Below are positions 59,901 through 64,000 of a stretch of 64,000 nucleotides of DNA, piece after piece. Under the pieces are notes generated by a model. It did no database searches. It saw only the letters and a list, made by a program, of their open reading frames with translations, and was not told where the DNA came from. This DNA comes from Yuukianura sp. NJ FZ-2021 (lineage: Eukaryota). The stretch is taken from NCBI GenBank assembly GCA_046563655.1, contig CM102288.1, positions 6,200,001 through 6,264,000 on the forward strand, read 5' to 3'. The position numbers and the translations under genes were made by a program. How positions within the stretch are numbered: the stretch's first letter is position 1; the number at the start of each line of letters is the position of its first letter.

Positions 59901-62900
59901 AAAGAAGTATTTTGTTGCCAAAACACCTTGCTTTCATCCTTATTTGTAAAAAGAGCGGGAAAGTTGCACAAATTTGAACTTACTCATTTTTTTCAGGTTG
60001 TTGCTTACTCGGAAAGTGGAAGAAGTCCTCCGTCAACATCTTATAAAGGATTCACTGTTGAAGAAACTTCGAACTTAACAGTAGTTTGGGCTTCCGATGC
60101 TGGCCGAATCTACACGACTGACACACTCGGAGATGAAGTTCGGCCAATCGTGTTTCTCTCTTCTTCTGACCTCCTTCTGTCACTCGCAGCTTCTCCTTCT
60201 GCCATCTTCTTCTCTGTCCAAAATGGATCCACTTTTCAATACTCCAAAGCAACTGGAGAAGTCATTGCCCTTAAAGGAGTGACCTCCGCCATCTCCATGG
60301 CATATGACCCCATAGGAGACAAAATCTACTGGGCAAATCCAAAGAAACAAGCACTTCTACGCAGAAGCATCACCAGCAGCGATCAGCGTATCAGCGATTC
60401 TCACGCAACCGAATACTTGCCAGTACTCACCACAGCGCTGGAAATTGGGCTGGACAGTGCTCGAGCACTGCTCTTCTGGACAACTGGACATTCAGTGGAA
60501 GTGGCAAGACTCAATGGCAGAAACCAACAAACTCTAACGTCAGTCGGTCTTTTTTCAGGTCAAATTTTGAAAAACTATAATTTTGGAAATTTTGAAAGTT
60601 AAAATTTTAAGAATTTTGAAAATTAATTTGTGATTTGTGGTTTTAGGTGTTCGAATTTTGTCGATTTCGGTTGACGTGAAGTCGGAAAGAATTTTTTGGC
60701 TGAGTAGAACGAGTACAGCTTCTGTTTTGTACCAAAAGTCGTACAGAAGTTATGCATCTCCGGAGGTTAGAGGTCAAAGAAGGGCTGACGACGTAGAAAT
60801 TGTGGTGGGTACTTTTGAGGAGGGGGCCTTCAAGGGCCCACTGAGATACTTGAGTGAGAGACTACTTGTGCTCGAAAGCGGATCTGAAGCACTTGTACAA
60901 GAACTAAGGGCTCCTCAGATGAGAGCAAAAATTTCTCTCAATTCAATCGCAAATATCTCAACTCTTTTAGTGGTTGGAGAGCAGCCCCACCTCAACTACT
61001 CGTCGGCCCCACCCCCGGTGGTTCCTTGGTCGGTGGGACTGACAGGGAAATGGGACGTCTTTACAATTACATGGCAACCTGTTAGTCACTCCAAACAGGT
61101 CTTCTACGACATCTCTATCAACGGATTCAACCTTGAGGTAAGTTAAAACTCACTTTACATTGTACTTACATGTATAAATCACGATTTCATACATTTTTAC
61201 ATGTATAAAAGCAAACTCTCAGTGTTCCCATTTTTTTCTTGCATGTATAAATCACGATTTCATACATTTTTACATGTATAAAAGCAAACTCTCAGTGTTC
61301 CCATTTTTTTCTTGCATGTATAAATCACGATTTCATACATTTTTACATGTATAAAAGCAAACTCTCAGTGTTCCCATTTTTTTCTTGCATGTATAAATCA
61401 CGATTTCATACATTTTTACATGTATAAAAGCAAACTCTCAGTGTTCCCATTTTTTTCTTGCATGTATAAATCACGATTTCATACATTTTTACATGTATAA
61501 AAGCAAACTCTCAGTGTTCCCATTTTTTTCTTGCATGTATAAATCACGATTTCATACATTTTTACATGTATAAAAGCAAACTCTCAGTGTTCCCATTTTT
61601 TTCTTGCATGTATAAATCACGATTTCATACATTTTTACATAATATAAAAATAAAGGACCGAGTGGGATTCGAACCCATGTCGCTTTTATCCAGGAAGCAC
61701 TCTAAAACCCTTGAGCTATCAGACACTATTCTACAAACTCTTAGTTTTGCCTATTTTTTTTTCTTGACTAAATTGAAGTTATTTTATCTGTTTTTAGTCA
61801 ACGTCGCAGCCATTTGTGCGAATCGACAACCGGCGACAAAACAGAACGGTCGCTCTGCCACTGCTGGAACCTTATGCAGAACTTGAAATTTCCATTACAA
61901 CGGCCACTTTCTGGAGCAGTTCCAGAACTACTGTGGCCAAACTCAGAACCCCCTCAGGCAAACCCTCTGCCCCCCGCAACCCCCGCTTCTTCCTCCACCC
62001 ACTTCCGTACCCCTACACCCCTTTCAACAACCAATCACAAGTGGCCACTGGTGAACTCCGGTGGGACACTCCGTCAGAACCGAACGGAGTCATTCTGGGC
62101 TATTTAGTTCACATGTGGAAGGGAAGGCAGAAAGTGTCAGAGTCATTTCCACAAGTGGATCTGCGCAGACTCAGTGCTCGAGTGACCAATTTGAGCAGAA
62201 ATGCTACTTATCACTTTGGAGTTGAAGCTTATACGGACGGAGGAGTGGGGCGCATGAGCAGAAAAATTCAAGTGGAGATGCAAAATGGACAACTTCTGTC
62301 CAAACTTATGTTGACAACAGGAGACAAAGTGGAGATTCTGGACGTTGATAGAAATGGAGTCGAACGACTAAGAACACGTAAGTTTTACACTTGTTCGATC
62401 TAACAGTTTTAAATTTTGAAAGTTTTTCTTTGAAATTTTGAAAGTTTTTTAAAATTCTGATTTAACTAAAATTCTGACCTTTGACATTTTTCAGCGTACA
62501 ATCCTCATACGGTAGCGTACTACGCTTTAGAGGAAACCTTGTTTTGCTTTGACGAAGGAAAGCATCTCTTCCGCTCACTGTTGAGAGGAGGAAACAAAAC
62601 CCGGGTACTTTTTCAAAAAATGTCAAAAACAGAAAAATCAAAAAAGTTTGTTTTTTATTATATTTTATGCCTGCAGATTTATTACTAATGTTTTAGATGC
62701 TGAGTTTGAATGAAGGTGTGGGTTCTAACTTGGTGGTGAACTGGATTTCCAGAAAGTTGTTCTGGATACGAGAATCGAAGGACAAGAAAGACCATTTTGC
62801 CATTGACAGTTTGGATTTGGACAGAGTTGATGAAGGGCCCAAGGAACTTTTTAGTTCAAACAGTCTCATAGCAGCACTCGTCACGAATCCATTCACTAGG

Positions 62901-64000
62901 TAAAAGTTTTAATTTATAGTATAAATTAATTGCTTTATATAAGTATTTATACAAAATAATTAATATATAATTTTTACATCTTTGAATTAGTTCTTTGGTT
63001 TGGACGAGCGTCGCACGCAATGGAATTGTATCTCTTCACTCAGCCTTGGACGATGGAACTTCTCACGCAAACTTTCTCAAAGGGACAGCGTAAGTTTTAT
63101 TTTAAAAAGTGTTAATTTTATCAAAATTTTATTAAAAAAAAACACACAAAATCTTAAAAATAATTTTTTCGTGATCTTAGAGGTTGCAATTGCAGTGGAG
63201 TCCATTCTGTGGGAGAACCGCTGACTTTGGATGTAAACGGACTGAGAGGGGGGCCTGGAAGAGGACTAGTTTTTACTCAACCTTCGTCCGGACTCATTTG
63301 GTTGGCAGACGAAGATGGCTGCAAGTGCATTCCTCTGTTAAATAGCACTGGAAGTGGACGACCTTGGCGGTTGGCTGCAGAGGTCAATGACCTCTACTGG
63401 ATTTCTGCTCAAGGTCACTCCCCCGATGGACTCTACGCTGGACACAAACTGGGACAATCTGGAACTACGCAACTCAGAACTGGAGTCATCACGGAAATCA
63501 GCTCAATCGGACCCAACACACAGCCTTTTCCAGGTTATTTTCCAATTTCAAATTCAAAATCGAAAAAACCTAAAAAAAAAAACGAAAAACTTCAGCAAAC
63601 TTTTAAACTTCAAATATCCGGCTCTTTTCTGCAAAGGGTGGAATTGGAACCTAAAAATCTGACGATTTTCGATTTTCAAGTTTTGGGAACTCGAATTCCA
63701 TTTTTTTTTTTTTTGGCTTTTCAGAACGAGATTGTTTGATTCCTGTGAAACTGGAAGTGGAAGAAGCAGTTTTACTGAACCGCACTGCGCATGTACTGAC
63801 TTTACGCCTTCCTGCTCCAGAAATTCAAAACTGTTCTCTGGACAAAGTAGTACTGCCGACTCCACTTTATTCAATCTACTACGCACGCGTAGATGACAAC
63901 GGACTCACGCCATGTACAAAAACGTCGCTTAGTCAATGCAATGTCCTGGAAAACGCAACTTCTCCAGCATCAATCCAGCATCTCGAACCATACACTTCCT
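50905..64000 (+). CDS. sev: Sevenless/ROS1-type receptor tyrosine kinase, extracellular part (continues past the window). Exons: 50905-51072, 54673-54744, 54851-54938, 55481-55704, 56020-56253, 56326-56485, 56583-56705, 57032-57332, 57417-57602, 57705-58024, 58895-59031, 59997-60558, 60647-61137, 61798-62377, 62495-62604, 62697-62899, 62991-63089, 63181-63533, 63725->64000
   Basis: Signal peptide and a Cys-rich N-terminus (CATHC, CIEGC, CQVGC). FN3 repeats ([40 protein letters not shown]) alternate with YWTD-like propeller repeats ([38 protein letters not shown]). This is the ROS1/sevenless architecture. Junctions are phase-consistent; the kinase domain is not in the window. Confidence 0.88.
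58095..58262. repeat. Intronic minisatellite, 21-bp unit CTGACTTCTCACTTTTCATTT, ~8 copies, decaying rightward to ~58440
   Basis: Directly visible; source of the spurious SEKSEMK / SHFSFLT ORFs. Confidence 0.93.
59271..59843. repeat. Intronic tandem repeat, 59-bp unit, ~10 copies
   Basis: Unit AGGAAAATCACTCTTTCTAATCAGCATAATTCCAAATTCCAAAAAGTTAAAAGTTTAGT; two units lack 7 bp. Confidence 0.97.
61169..61640. repeat. Intronic tandem repeat, 73-bp unit, ~6.5 apparently identical copies
   Basis: Unit CATGTATAAATCACGATTTCATACATTTTTACATGTATAAAAGCAAACTCTCAGTGTTCCCATTTTTTTCTTG. Confidence 0.97.
61655..61724 (-). pseudogene. Degenerate tRNA-like sequence (SINE head or tRNA pseudogene)
   Basis: Minus strand GATAGCTCAAGGG...GGTTCGAATCCC with imperfect stems. 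Similar fragments occur at ~11198-11232 (minus) and ~33117-33185 (plus). Confidence 0.5.

Overview
Eukaryotic, intron-rich arthropod DNA. Arthropod origin follows from the R&R cuticle protein, clip-domain protease and sevenless-like gene; a springtail (Collembola) source is my inference from the divergent ionotropic-receptor style. There is no CRISPR or prokaryotic content. Genes were assembled by hand from GT-AG junctions with phases checked. (1) The 5' part of an NMDA receptor GluN2 subunit gene (Nmdar2, minus strand, 5 coding exons, 25629->3279). Its 13.6-kb first intron holds a complete 9-exon clip-domain serine protease on the same strand and a possible small secreted/GPI protein on the opposite strand. 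(2) A TANGO6-like HEAT-repeat gene. (3) CHCHD2/10. (4) A divergent ionotropic-receptor-like gene. (5) A small His/Gly-rich secreted pre-pro-peptide gene with what look like two duplicated alternative 3' ends. (6) An RR-2 cuticular protein gene whose intron 2 carries an apparently intact 4.25-kb CMC/EnSpm-type DNA transposon (TIRs, 2-bp TSD, spliced DUF4806-like gene overlapping an intact transposase). (7) The 5' part of a sevenless/ROS1 receptor tyrosine kinase gene (plus strand, runs off the window). Non-coding features include nested hAT-type MITEs with perfect 8-bp TSDs, tRNA-derived SINE-like copies, foldback elements and minisatellites. There is also an unexplained ~120-bp-spaced array of hairpins with a conserved GGAGGGAGTAACTATTT arm upstream of Nmdar2.
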